A stretch of 64,000 nt of DNA from a bacterium (GTDB taxonomy: Bacteria; UBA8248): NCBI GenBank assembly GCA_963692865.2, contig OY843592.1, forward strand, positions 2,464,001 to 2,528,000, written 5' to 3'. The position numbers and the translations under genes were made by a program. Positions 50,246 to 59,826 of the stretch are shown here, piece by piece (within the stretch, counting starts at the first letter, position 1; every line of letters begins with the position of its first letter). The notes beneath the pieces were generated by a model. It searched no databases. It was not told where the DNA came from and saw only the letters and a program-made list of their open reading frames with translations.

Positions 50246-51250
50246 GTGGCGAGTGTCGGAATCATTGCCAACCCGCAATCAGGAAAAGACATTCGTAGGC
50301 TGGTTGCGTTGGCGAGTTCTTTCAGCAACAACGAAAAGGTGCTCATACTTCGCCGCGTGATGGCTGGTCTGGTGGCGATGGGCCTCGACAGGATATTGAT
50401 GTTCAACGACCTCGGTTCCTTGGGAGCCGTTGCGCTCGATGGCTTTCGCCAGGATAACAAGTCCTCGAAAGTGAAGCTTTTTGACGTGGACGCCACGGGA
50501 GAGACGGCGGATTCCACCAAAGCGGCTCGCAAACTCGCCGAACTGGGAGTTCGATGTATTATTGTTCTCGGGGGCGATGGCACTTGCCGCGCCGTCGCCA
50601 AGGGATGCGGAAAAACCGCCTTAATTCCATTGTCGACCGGGACGAACAATGCCTTTCCTTTTGCGTGGGAAGGGACAGTGGCCGGTATGGCCGCTGCTTT
50701 GTATGCTTTTCAGCCGAGAGTCTATCAAGGCGAGATGCAAGTAACGAAACAACTCCATGTGGATCTGAATGGCGCCTCCGAAAGCGCCCTGGTTGATATC
50801 GCGATTCTCAAGGAATCATTCTACGGCGCGCGCGCAATTTGGGATGTGGGACGTGTGGACTCGCTCGCGCTCACGAGAAGCGAACCAGGGCGTTTGGGAC
50901 TTTCTTCTTTGGGCGCAAGTATACACCCGGTCGATGCGCATGAGCCGCTGGGACTGTGGTTGAAATTGGGAACGAAGAGCAAGAGCAATCACCACATTCT
51001 TTCTCCTATCGGGCCGGGGCAGGTTGCTTCCGCCGTGGTGATGGAACACGAGGTCGTCAAACCGGGAGAAAGCGTAAGATATCGTGCGCCGAATGTACGC
51101 GTGCTGGCCTTCGATGGAGAGCGGGAGCATCTGTTGAGCAAAGGCGCAGAGGTAGAAATATCATTGCGGATCGATGGACCGACAATACTGAACGTTCCCG
51201 CCATATTGAAGAAAGCAGCCATTCGAGGTGATTTTCAAATCAAGAATTGA
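50246..51250 (+). CDS. acoX: ATP-NAD kinase/AcoX family protein
   Basis: GIIANPQSGKDIRRLVA, LGGDGT, STGTNN.FP and AFDGERE motifs. Confidence 0.75.
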   Translation: MASVGIIANPQSGKDIRRLVALASSFSNNEKVLILRRVMAGLVAMGLDRILMFNDLGSLGAVALDGFRQDNKSSKVKLFDVDATGETADSTKAARKLAELGVRCIIVLGGDGTCRAVAKGCGKTALIPLSTGTNNAFPFAWEGTVAGMAAALYAFQPRVYQGEMQVTKQLHVDLNGASESALVDIAILKESFYGARAIWDVGRVDSLALTRSEPGRLGLSSLGASIHPVDAHEPLGLWLKLGTKSKSNHHILSPIGPGQVASAVVMEHEVVKPGESVRYRAPNVRVLAFDGEREHLLSKGAEVEISLRIDGPTILNVPAILKKAAIRGDFQIKN

Positions 51251-51304
51251 TGGGCACGGCTTCACCATCGTTTCTTGGAGAGCAGGAGATATAATCGAAT
51301 ATGG

Positions 51305-51333
51305 TTGACAAAAAAATCCCGAGCGTTTATTCT
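51305..51333 (+). promoter_or_regulatory. Sigma70 promoter
   Basis: TTGACA (51305-51310), 17-nt spacer, TATTCT (51328-51333). Confidence 0.7.
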
Positions 51334-51336
51334 GCG

Positions 51337-51363
51337 TTAGCACTCAGTTCTGTCGAGTGCCAA
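51337..51363 (+). promoter_or_regulatory. CIRCE element (HrcA operator)
   Basis: TTAGCACTC-AGTTCTGTC-GAGTGCCAA matches 17 of 18 positions of TTAGCACTC-N9-GAGTGCTAA and starts 3 nt after the -10 box. Confidence 0.88.
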
Positions 51364-51509
51364 GATATTGATAATAAAGAATTTAATTGGTTTTCATGTT
51401 CACCTCGAAAGTTCTTGATGTTTAAATCACACAAATGAATCGCTCAGCTTGATATTCTGGGAAGAGCAAAACGGCTTGGACGCAATCGAATAATTTTGCA
51501 TAGATTCTT

Positions 51510-52490
51510 TTGGGGAGTCCTTCGTTGATACGGGTTGAAAACCTAACCAAGTATTACGGCAACCTTCGTGGTGTGACGGATATATCCTTCCAGGTCGAGG
51601 AGGGAGAGGTACTGGGTTTTCTCGGCCCTAACGGCGCCGGAAAATCCACGACCATGCGCATTTTGACGGGATATATGCCGCCTAATTCCGGTTCAGCATG
51701 GGTAGCCGGCATCAATGTTTCAGAATCGCCGCTGGAAGCACAGAAAAACATGGGATACCTCCCCGAAAACAATCCTCTGTACGGCGAAATGACCGTTACA
51801 GCCTACTTGAATTTCGTGGCTTCGATGAAAGGCATGAGCGGCGCGGAGAAATCTGCCGGCATCCAAAGAGTAGTCGGCAGTTGCGGACTCGATGAGGTCG
51901 CCAACCGTCTCATCGGCAATCTCTCGAAAGGGTATCGGCAACGCGTCGGTTTGGCGCAAGCTATGGTAAACGATCCGCCCGTGCTGATTCTCGACGAGCC
52001 AACTTCAGGTCTGGACCCGGCGCAGATCGTTGAAATCCGGAATCTGATTTCAGAACTCAAGGGGAACCGGACCCTTATATTGAGCACGCACATTCTGCCG
52101 GAAGTGAACATGGTTTGTGATCGGGTTGTGATCATCCACCAGGGAAGAGTTGCGGCCGAGGGCGCACTCGATGCTCTGGCGGCGAACCTGCAGGCGGGTT
52201 CGACCATACGTGTTTCCGCGACCGGGACCACAAACGCGCTATCCGATAAAATGAAGGCGGTGCCGGGAGTTGAGCGTATAGAATTGCTGGGCACGTCGAC
52301 GGGGGAGGAAGCGCATTTTGAAGTGTCCGCAAAAGGAGGCGAAGACATTCGCTCCGATCTTGTGGCCGCCGTATCCGCTGCGGAGGGTAAACTCACTGAA
52401 ATTCGTCAGGTGAGGCTGACGCTGGAAGACCTTTTTGTTCGCATCGTCAGCGGGGAGCAAAAGCATGATGAGGAAACCGTAAATGCATAA
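51510..52490 (+). CDS. ABC transporter ATP-binding protein (GldA-like)
   Basis: GPNGAGKST, GYLPENNPLY, LSKGYRQRVGLAQA and STHILPEV motifs. Confidence 0.92.
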   Translation: MGSPSLIRVENLTKYYGNLRGVTDISFQVEEGEVLGFLGPNGAGKSTTMRILTGYMPPNSGSAWVAGINVSESPLEAQKNMGYLPENNPLYGEMTVTAYLNFVASMKGMSGAEKSAGIQRVVGSCGLDEVANRLIGNLSKGYRQRVGLAQAMVNDPPVLILDEPTSGLDPAQIVEIRNLISELKGNRTLILSTHILPEVNMVCDRVVIIHQGRVAAEGALDALAANLQAGSTIRVSATGTTNALSDKMKAVPGVERIELLGTSTGEEAHFEVSAKGGEDIRSDLVAAVSAAEGKLTEIRQVRLTLEDLFVRIVSGEQKHDEETVNA

Positions 52491-53259
52491 CACCTTGTGG
52501 ATATGCCGGCGTGAACTCGCCTCTTTTTTCTTCTCGCCTATTGCTTACGTGGTCCTCGCGGCATGGACGGTATTGATGGGTGTCTTCTATTCCGGCGCTT
52601 TTCTCTCCTATGCCGTCGTTTCCATGCAATTGGCCAGAAACCCCCAAGCTGCTGCGCAATACAACATCACGCCGACTTCCGCCGTCCTCGAGCCGATTTT
52701 CTCCAGCGTAACCGTTATCCTCTTGTTCGTCGCTCCGTTGCTTACAATGCGATTGTTCAGCGAAGAGAAAAAACAGGGCACCATAGAGTTGATGCTCACA
52801 TTCCCACTGCGTAACGGACAAATGTTCGCTGGCAAATACCTCTCCATTTTGTCCTTCTATCTGATAATGCTGGCAATTACTCTCGTCTATCCGATTATTC
52901 TGAGTACTTTCGTCAAAGTGGACTGGACGATCGTCTCCTCGGCCTATTTGGGAATGGTATTGACGGGCATGGCGTTCCTTTCCGTTGGTCTGTTGGCCAG
53001 TTCATGGACTTCGAATCAAATCGTCGCAGCCATGGTCGCCTTCATGATTCTTCTCGCAACTTTCCTGATGGAAGCTCTCGCGATAGCAGCCGGTGAGCCA
53101 TTGTCCTCGATTCTCAGGCATCTTTCATTAGGCATGCACTTGCGAAATTTCATTCGGGGCATCATCGACACGCGCGATATTATCTACCTCGTCAACATCA
53201 ATATTTTGTGTGGTTTTCTCGTGCTCAGATCCCTAGAATATTACAGGTGGAGAGGGTAG
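52483..53259 (+). CDS. ABC-2 type permease (GldF-like)
   Basis: REL..FF.SPIAY, PLLTMRLFSEEKKQGTIEL..T.P, SNQIVA and RGIIDTRD motifs. Confidence 0.9.
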   Translation: MHNTLWICRRELASFFFSPIAYVVLAAWTVLMGVFYSGAFLSYAVVSMQLARNPQAAAQYNITPTSAVLEPIFSSVTVILLFVAPLLTMRLFSEEKKQGTIELMLTFPLRNGQMFAGKYLSILSFYLIMLAITLVYPIILSTFVKVDWTIVSSAYLGMVLTGMAFLSVGLLASSWTSNQIVAAMVAFMILLATFLMEALAIAAGEPLSSILRHLSLGMHLRNFIRGIIDTRDIIYLVNINILCGFLVLRSLEYYRWRG

Positions 53260-53263
53260 GGAC

Positions 53264-54952
53264 TTGGAAAACAGAAATCTTTACTTGTTCATCGCCTCCG
53301 CCGTCTTGTTGCTGATCGGTATCTCCGGCTGGGCCGGCCATGACCAGTTTTCCGACCCTCCCCGATGGGCGTACGCCACTATTGCCCTGGGGATAGTTTG
53401 TTTCGGGTACACGGTTTGGATTTCGCGGCGCGAACTTCAAGGCGGCATCCGGCTCCGCTCCACCCGAACGGGCATACAGGTTGCGCTCATGATCGTTGTG
53501 GTGACTGCAATTTTGGTCGTCGTTGAACTCGTGAGCGTAAAGCACTTCAAGCGCTGGGACGTCACTCCGGGAAATTTCTACAGCTTATCCGCGAAAACCA
53601 TGAATCTGCTGAACAAACTCGACAGAGAAAAAAAGCGGATCGAAATCATTGCATTTACCCGCAAGCTCGAAGAACCTGCGATAACGGAAATTTTAGAGCA
53701 ATATACCCGGGCGTCGACACAGGTAACGTTCCGCTTTCTGAACCTGGACGCCTCCCCACGCACCGCTAAAAAATACGACGTAGACGCCTATGGCACATTA
53801 GTCGTGATTCACCATTCCGGCAAAGAGGAAATCGAGAGGCAAAGAAAATCGAATTCCACGAACCAAGAGAAGAAGCCGACTTTCCGATCGGAAAAGATAT
53901 TCGAGCTTTCGGAAAACGCGATCGCCAATGCGATACTGAAAACCATCCAAACCGAGCAAAAGCGCGTATATTACCTCACTGGCCACGGTGAACGGCTCTT
54001 CACAGGGCAAGGGCGCGAAGCGATGCGGGCGCTGGCCATCGGCATGAGGGATGACAACTACCTGGTGGAAGAACTTTTGCTTCTGAGAAAAAAGGGCGTG
54101 CCTGAAAATACCAGCATGTTGATTATTGCGGCCCCCCAAAAAGAACTGGAAGAAATTGAAATCAAGTATATTGACGATTACATAAGATCCGGCGGAAGAC
54201 TTCTCGTTTTCCTGGAGCCCGACACAAAACCGGGGCGTCTCACAGCGCTCCTGGAGAGATATGGCTTCAAAATTCCTCAATCTTTCGTCGTCGATCCCGA
54301 ATCCGTTCGCTTTGAGTTGGCGGGCGGAAATATCATCACGCCGTTTGCCGTTAACTACGGACTGCACGACATCACCAAGCAATTACAGGGTTTGGCGACG
54401 GTGTTTCCTACGGTAAGGAAGGTATCAGCCAAGGGCATGCCCAAGGCGGGGCTGCATTCCGAAGAATTGGTCAAAACGGGCGCCGGAAGCTTTACCGTCG
54501 AGAGCGTGTCGCTTCAGAACGGACAACTCACCTTCGATCCGAAAACCAAAAAAGACGGCCCGATCCCAATCGGCGCCGCCGTCACCGTCACGCTGGATCT
54601 GTACAAGCTCGCACAAGGGCAAGGCGCTCAGGATGACGCGAAAAAGTCCGGATCCCGAAAGAGTGCAAACGGAAAAAACGAGGCGCGGATTGTCGTGTTT
54701 GGGGACGCCGATTTTGCGAGTGATGCTTTCATCGGTTCACAAGGCAATGGGAATCTCGTCTTGAACACCATTAACTGGCTCGGCGGTGAAAAAGACCTGA
54801 TTACCATTCGACCCAAGAGCCGTACGGGCGAACCTCTCGTTCTGGCCGGTGGAGAGGGCCGGTTCGTTCATTTGTTTACGGTCTGGATCATGCCCTTGTT
54901 CATCATACTTATCGGAGCCGCCGTCTACGTTCGGAGAAGGCAACTGCGGTGA
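53264..54952 (+). CDS. GldG-like ABC auxiliary protein
   Basis: N-terminal TMs; D.T....SLS..T, YYLTGHGE and RIVVFGDADF..N..L.LN..NWL motifs; C-terminal TM. Confidence 0.88.
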   Translation: MENRNLYLFIASAVLLLIGISGWAGHDQFSDPPRWAYATIALGIVCFGYTVWISRRELQGGIRLRSTRTGIQVALMIVVVTAILVVVELVSVKHFKRWDVTPGNFYSLSAKTMNLLNKLDREKKRIEIIAFTRKLEEPAITEILEQYTRASTQVTFRFLNLDASPRTAKKYDVDAYGTLVVIHHSGKEEIERQRKSNSTNQEKKPTFRSEKIFELSENAIANAILKTIQTEQKRVYYLTGHGERLFTGQGREAMRALAIGMRDDNYLVEELLLLRKKGVPENTSMLIIAAPQKELEEIEIKYIDDYIRSGGRLLVFLEPDTKPGRLTALLERYGFKIPQSFVVDPESVRFELAGGNIITPFAVNYGLHDITKQLQGLATVFPTVRKVSAKGMPKAGLHSEELVKTGAGSFTVESVSLQNGQLTFDPKTKKDGPIPIGAAVTVTLDLYKLAQGQGAQDDAKKSGSRKSANGKNEARIVVFGDADFASDAFIGSQGNGNLVLNTINWLGGEKDLITIRPKSRTGEPLVLAGGEGRFVHLFTVWIMPLFIILIGAAVYVRRRQLR

Positions 54953-56811
54953 ACCCCCGGAAGAATCTCATATTACTGCTCGTCTTGCTGGTCATCGGGG
55001 GGGCGTATTACGTCTATGACGTGAAATGGGCCGCCGAGAAGAAGACCGCCGAGGAACGGAAGGTCAAACTCCTGAAAGGCATTGACCAAAAAGCGCTGAT
55101 AAGAATTGACCTATCGAGGAAAGAGGAACCCTACGAGATTATCCGTACGGAGAAAGGGTGGCGTTTCGTGAAACCCATCGACGCCGTTGTCGATGCCGAT
55201 GAGGCGGAGAAACTCCTGGAAGCGGCGACGAAACTCCGGGAACGCGTCCGAATTGGAGACGTGAAAGACAGGGCGGAGTTCGGTATGGACAAGCCCGGGA
55301 TGAAAATTGTTTTTGGGCTGAAAGACAAGGACGACGTTTCCGTCGAAATCGGCGATAGAACTCCCACGCGTGAATTTCGATATGCGGCCTTGGCGAAGAC
55401 TCCCGGAATATTCACCCTCCAGCTTTCCGACATCGCCAAATTCGACAAGACGGTATTCAGCATTCGGGACAGGTCGATTGTTCCCGTTCTGCCCGAGAGC
55501 GCCAATAAGGTGGTCGTGGAACCTGATGATGGCAACGGCTTCACCGTAGTTCGCAAAGGCAAGAACGAATGGGCGCTGACGAAACCCCTTCAGGACAGGG
55601 CCGACGCCATCGATTCCGAGGGTATCGTATCCACCCTGAAATGGGACAAAGCGCAAAAATTCGTTGAAGAAAAACCCGAGAACCTCTCGCCCTACGGGCT
55701 GGATAAACCCCAATTGACGGTGCGCATCTTTACCGGAGACGATCAAAAACCCGAGGACGGCGTTATCCTCGGCGACAGAAAAGTAGGACCGCCCGACCCG
55801 AGAAGCGCCGAGAAGAAGCCGAAGGTTTACCGCTACGCCAGGAGACTATCCGGCGGCCCCGTGATGCTTATCAATGAGAAGACGTTCAAGGATTTACCCA
55901 AATCCGTATTCTCCTTGAGGCACAAGACCGTCATCGACTATGACGTCGACCATATCAAGCGCATCCTGATCGAGTCGAAATCCCGGAAACTCGACGTCGT
56001 CCGAAAGGCGAAAAAGGAGTGGGAACTCCACGTCGCGACGCCCGACGGGAAGCGGGAAAAACTCCTTGGCCGCCACAAGCACGTGGACGACCTCATGTGG
56101 GACATCAAGTGGATCAATTCGATTGCCTACGTGGATGACCCGGGCGATGATTTGTCGAAATACGGCCTTGAGCGGCCGGACGGCAAGGGCGCGCCGCTTC
56201 GCTACACCCTCTGGCTGAAGAAGAAAGAAGACGCGCCTCTGGAGGATAAGTCTTTGATTATCGGGCGCTTCGTGGAGAAGGAGAAGAGGGCCTATGGCCG
56301 AGTCGAGGGCGAAAAACGCCTGTTCGCCGTAAAGAAAGAAGATTATGACAAGATCACGAAAACGCCCTATTTCCTGAGCGAGCGGCGCTTGCTCCTTTAC
56401 GCGAAAGATGCTGAAATTACGGAAGTTACGGCGCGTTTTCCGAATCAATCCTCCATGAAGCTGGAGCGTTTCGGCGGCGGATGGCGTTTCCTCTCCCCGG
56501 AGGGCAGGGAGGCCGAACCCGGCAACGTGGAAGACCTCGTCGGCGCGCTCCGCGATTTCGAGCGGGAAGGGGAGGCCAAGCCCGGCGAAGCGCCTGATTT
56601 CAAAGACTTTATCGTAGAGCTCTCGGGCAGGGACATCCGCCACGGAGAGTGGGGGCCGTTCCGTTTCGCCGGCAAGGAAGGCTCGGAATTCATCTACGTG
56701 CGCGAGGGCGGGAAGGTCCACCGCATCACCAAGAAATGGAATGAAGACAAGCTGCCCAAGTCATTGAAAGACTGGGAAAAAGAAGAACAAAAAGAAGAAG
56801 GTTCCACATAG
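54949..56811 (+). CDS. DUF4340 domain protein
   Basis: N-terminal TM and repeated W....P...AD / YGL..P units. Typical fourth gene of GldA/F/G-type loci. Confidence 0.82.
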   Translation: MNPRKNLILLLVLLVIGGAYYVYDVKWAAEKKTAEERKVKLLKGIDQKALIRIDLSRKEEPYEIIRTEKGWRFVKPIDAVVDADEAEKLLEAATKLRERVRIGDVKDRAEFGMDKPGMKIVFGLKDKDDVSVEIGDRTPTREFRYAALAKTPGIFTLQLSDIAKFDKTVFSIRDRSIVPVLPESANKVVVEPDDGNGFTVVRKGKNEWALTKPLQDRADAIDSEGIVSTLKWDKAQKFVEEKPENLSPYGLDKPQLTVRIFTGDDQKPEDGVILGDRKVGPPDPRSAEKKPKVYRYARRLSGGPVMLINEKTFKDLPKSVFSLRHKTVIDYDVDHIKRILIESKSRKLDVVRKAKKEWELHVATPDGKREKLLGRHKHVDDLMWDIKWINSIAYVDDPGDDLSKYGLERPDGKGAPLRYTLWLKKKEDAPLEDKSLIIGRFVEKEKRAYGRVEGEKRLFAVKKEDYDKITKTPYFLSERRLLLYAKDAEITEVTARFPNQSSMKLERFGGGWRFLSPEGREAEPGNVEDLVGALRDFEREGEAKPGEAPDFKDFIVELSGRDIRHGEWGPFRFAGKEGSEFIYVREGGKVHRITKKWNEDKLPKSLKDWEKEEQKEEGST

Positions 56812-56880
56812 GATTCAGATCTCGCCCCACCCGGCTCGGCTCTTTTTCTTGAGGCCGCCCGCCCGGGTGATTTTCACCCC

Positions 56881-57108
56881 CGCAACTCCCCGCAAATCCG
56901 CGCATTTGCCGTTATCGAGAGAGTCGCGAACCATGGCAGAATTCCCCTGCGCTCGGGTGTGGCGGCGGAGTCCGGTCGGCTGGACTGGTTTTCGCGGGCG
57001 CATCTGCCCGCATTTGCGCGCATTTCCCCTCGTTAATTTATCGAAAAACCCCGTGAATTTATCTGATTTTATCCAAATTTATCGAATTGTTTTCGGGAAT
57101 TTATCGAA
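56881..57108. repeat. Helically phased about 10-bp repeats in a long convergent intergenic region
   Basis: CGCA..T.CC-type 10-mers at 56881/56891/56901 and 56999/57009/57019. (A/T)TTTATC at 57036, 57057, 57067, 57077 and 57099. Confidence 0.65.
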
Positions 57109-57495
57109 AACAAGTTGTCCTGCCGGGAGGATCTCGCTCGAATCGGCCGCGACAATTCCAGCTGAATGCGAGGCCCGGAAAATGCGGCATCGGGAGCGGG
57201 ACCTCCATCTCTGCCGGGCGCCTCATCCCCGATAAGCGAGTGGAAGGAGTCGCTCAATCCCCGAAGGAGGGAGAACGCCATCCAGCGCGCGAACGGACGC
57301 TCCTGGCGAGCGGTTCGCGCCGCGTCCGCTGCCTCATTTCCCATTCGAGCAGGACGCCCCCGCAAAAACTCATGCCTGTTCACCCGGTTCCGGCGAGGGC
57401 GATAAGCGCTGATTTGGACGGAAGGCATAGAGCGCGGCGCATGGCCAAGCGCAGGCGCCCCGCATCGATTCTCCAGGCGATACTCTCAAGACGCA

Positions 57496-58896
57496 TCAAA
57501 ACGACTCGAACGTGGGCGACTTGCTCCAGCCGCCGCTTTCCTCCTCCAGGGCGTGGGCGATTCTGTAGAGCGCGGCTTCGCTGAAATCAGGGCCGACGAA
57601 CTGCGCCGCAAGCGGCAGCTCCTCTTTGGAAAAACCACAGGGCAGGGATATGGCGGGCGCGCCCAGGGTGTTGACCCAGCGCGTGAAGCGCGTGAGGGAG
57701 GCGATCAGCCCCTCGGCTTCCGAGCGCGCCTGTGCGTGTGAGGGCGCGGGAGTGGGCGTCGTCGGACCCGCCAGAACGTCCACGGCGGAGAACACCTCGC
57801 GCTCGTAATGACGAATCAACCCCTCGCGCCTGGCGAGCGCTGCGCGATATTCGGCCGAATGAATCCCGCGCCCGGCTTCCAGGCGCGCCAGAATTTCCGG
57901 CGTCACCCGATCCGCGTATCTTTCCAGACGCTCGCCGTGCAGCATGAGCGCCTCGTATTTGAAGATCGTATTGGCGAGAAGTTCCAGTTCCTCGACGTGG
58001 GGAGGCGTCATCGGAACCAGTCGCGCGCCCAGCCGCTCCAGCGCCTCGCACACCTCCGCATAAGCCGCTTTCATCTCCTCGGAAACGCCGCCGAGTTGCG
58101 AACCCTCCACAACCCCCACGCGAACGCCCCCGATGCCTTTCTCCAGGGTTTGAATGTAATCGGGCACGGGTTGTTTGCTCGATCTCGCATCGAGAGGGTC
58201 TGCCCCCGCGACGGCGGAGAGCACAAGCGCGTTGTCCGCCACCGTTCGGGTGAGCGGGCCGAAGGTGTCGAGCGTCCACGAGAGCGCCATCCCCCCATGC
58301 CGGCTCACGCGGCCGTTCGTGGGTTTGAGGCCCACGACGCCGCAGAACGCCGCCGGCAGCCGGATGGAGCCGCCCGTATCCGTGCCGATTGCGGCCAGCG
58401 CCAACCCCGCGGCCACCGCGCACCCCGACCCGCTGCTCGAACCGCCCGTAACGCGCCCCTGCTTCCAGGGGTTCTGCGGATCACCGAAATGCTTGTTGCG
58501 CCCCGTCGGTCCCATGGCGAGTTCCGCCATGTTGAGTTTGCCCATGTTGACGGCGCCGGCTTCATGAAGCCGCTTCCAGACGCTCGACGGCGCGTCCCGG
58601 GGCGGGTCGTCTTCGAACATCACGCTTCCGCAAGTCGTGGGAGTTCCCGGAATGTGGCAGAGGTCCTTGTAGGCCACGGGAACCCCGTCGAGCGGGCCGA
58701 TTTCGTTGCCGAAGCGGAACCTTCGTTCGGATTCGCGCGCCTCCCGGCGCATCTCTCTCTCGCTGACGTGAAGATACGCCCTCAGATGGAGGTTCCATTT
58801 TTTGATGCGGGCGAGGGCGTCATCGACGACTTCGACAGGCGAGACCTCACCGGCCCGGTAGGCGTCTCGAAGCGCCGTTATCGTCCAGTCACTCAT
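57496..58896 (-). CDS. Amidase signature family protein (GatA-like)
   Basis: GPLDGVP..YKD, GGSSSGS, GTDTGGSIRLPA and G.KPT.GR motifs. Confidence 0.93.
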   Translation of the reverse strand: MSDWTITALRDAYRAGEVSPVEVVDDALARIKKWNLHLRAYLHVSEREMRREARESERRFRFGNEIGPLDGVPVAYKDLCHIPGTPTTCGSVMFEDDPPRDAPSSVWKRLHEAGAVNMGKLNMAELAMGPTGRNKHFGDPQNPWKQGRVTGGSSSGSGCAVAAGLALAAIGTDTGGSIRLPAAFCGVVGLKPTNGRVSRHGGMALSWTLDTFGPLTRTVADNALVLSAVAGADPLDARSSKQPVPDYIQTLEKGIGGVRVGVVEGSQLGGVSEEMKAAYAEVCEALERLGARLVPMTPPHVEELELLANTIFKYEALMLHGERLERYADRVTPEILARLEAGRGIHSAEYRAALARREGLIRHYEREVFSAVDVLAGPTTPTPAPSHAQARSEAEGLIASLTRFTRWVNTLGAPAISLPCGFSKEELPLAAQFVGPDFSEAALYRIAHALEEESGGWSKSPTFESF

Positions 58897-58915
58897 CGGC
58901 GGGTTCCGGGAAAGA

Positions 58916-59183
58916 GGGGCCGTTGAAAAAGTCTCATAGAGGAAGCACGCTGAATTTCACTCCCCCCTTGAGGGTCGGGCATCCCGAGGGGAATGCCCGA
59001 TAACGAGGCAAGGGCGAAGCCCGCAGGCGAGTTGGTGGGGGGAGCTTTTTCTGTGGCATGTCCCCCCACCGAATCGGCCTTCGCCCAAGGGCTCGGCCTC
59101 TTCGACTCCCCCTCAAGGGGGGAGTGAAATTCAAAAGCGTGCGCGCGACCAAAATCGCTCTCCAAGACTTTTCCAACAACCCC
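58916..59183. repeat. MITE-like element
   Basis: GGGGCCGTTGAAAAA ... TTTTCCAACAACCCC ends around ACTCCCCCCTTGAGGG / CCCTCAAGGGGGGAGT. Same module as 17770-17940. Confidence 0.8.
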
Positions 59184-59202
59184 AAGAGCGGGGCCGGATG
59201 CG

Positions 59203-59757
59203 TCATCCGCTTCCAGGGTAGCCCGGGGCCTGGAGGACGCGCGTCATCTGGTCCTGATGGAGAAAATCGTGCGTGCCCGAATAGACGATGCGATCGTAAA
59301 TATCGAGGTCGCCGTAGCGGAAATGCTCATGCGTGTAGCGGCTCATGTCGGCGCCGCGGTGCGGGAGTATCATCTGGTGAACCGCCTCCCTGTTGGGCAT
59401 GAGCCTGCCGATCATCTCGCGGAAATCGCCTTCGCCTTTCGGGATGAGGAAATCGGGCGCCGGAACGTGGCCTTGCTCCCTGCGCCTGAGCGCCTCCCGG
59501 CTCATCTTCTGCGGATTCTCAGGCGCCGTATCCCACGAACCGGACTCCTCCGCCTCGGCGAGCCTCTTCTCGATGAAGCGCGCGTAATAATTGTCCGTCA
59601 AGAGAATGTGCTCGAGATTCTGATGCAGGGACCATTCGCCGTCGGGAGGCCGCCAGTGCACGTGAGCGGGGTCGACCCCCTCCAGGAAGGAGATCAGGTT
59701 TCTCCTGTCTTTGAAAGCCGAGTCGAAGGCCTCGTCGAACATTTCTTCCGGAGTCAT
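59203..59757 (-). CDS. DinB family protein
   Basis: WRP..GEWS....EH, H..YG.L and H...H..Q metal-binding pattern. Confidence 0.8.
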   Translation of the reverse strand: MTPEEMFDEAFDSAFKDRRNLISFLEGVDPAHVHWRPPDGEWSLHQNLEHILLTDNYYARFIEKRLAEAEESGSWDTAPENPQKMSREALRRREQGHVPAPDFLIPKGEGDFREMIGRLMPNREAVHQMILPHRGADMSRYTHEHFRYGDLDIYDRIVYSGTHDFLHQDQMTRVLQAPGYPGSG

Positions 59758-59826
59758 TTTTCAGCTTCCTTCACATCGTGCCGGGTGAGGGGTTTCAAGC
59801 CTGATTGAAGGATTTACGAGCGGGTT

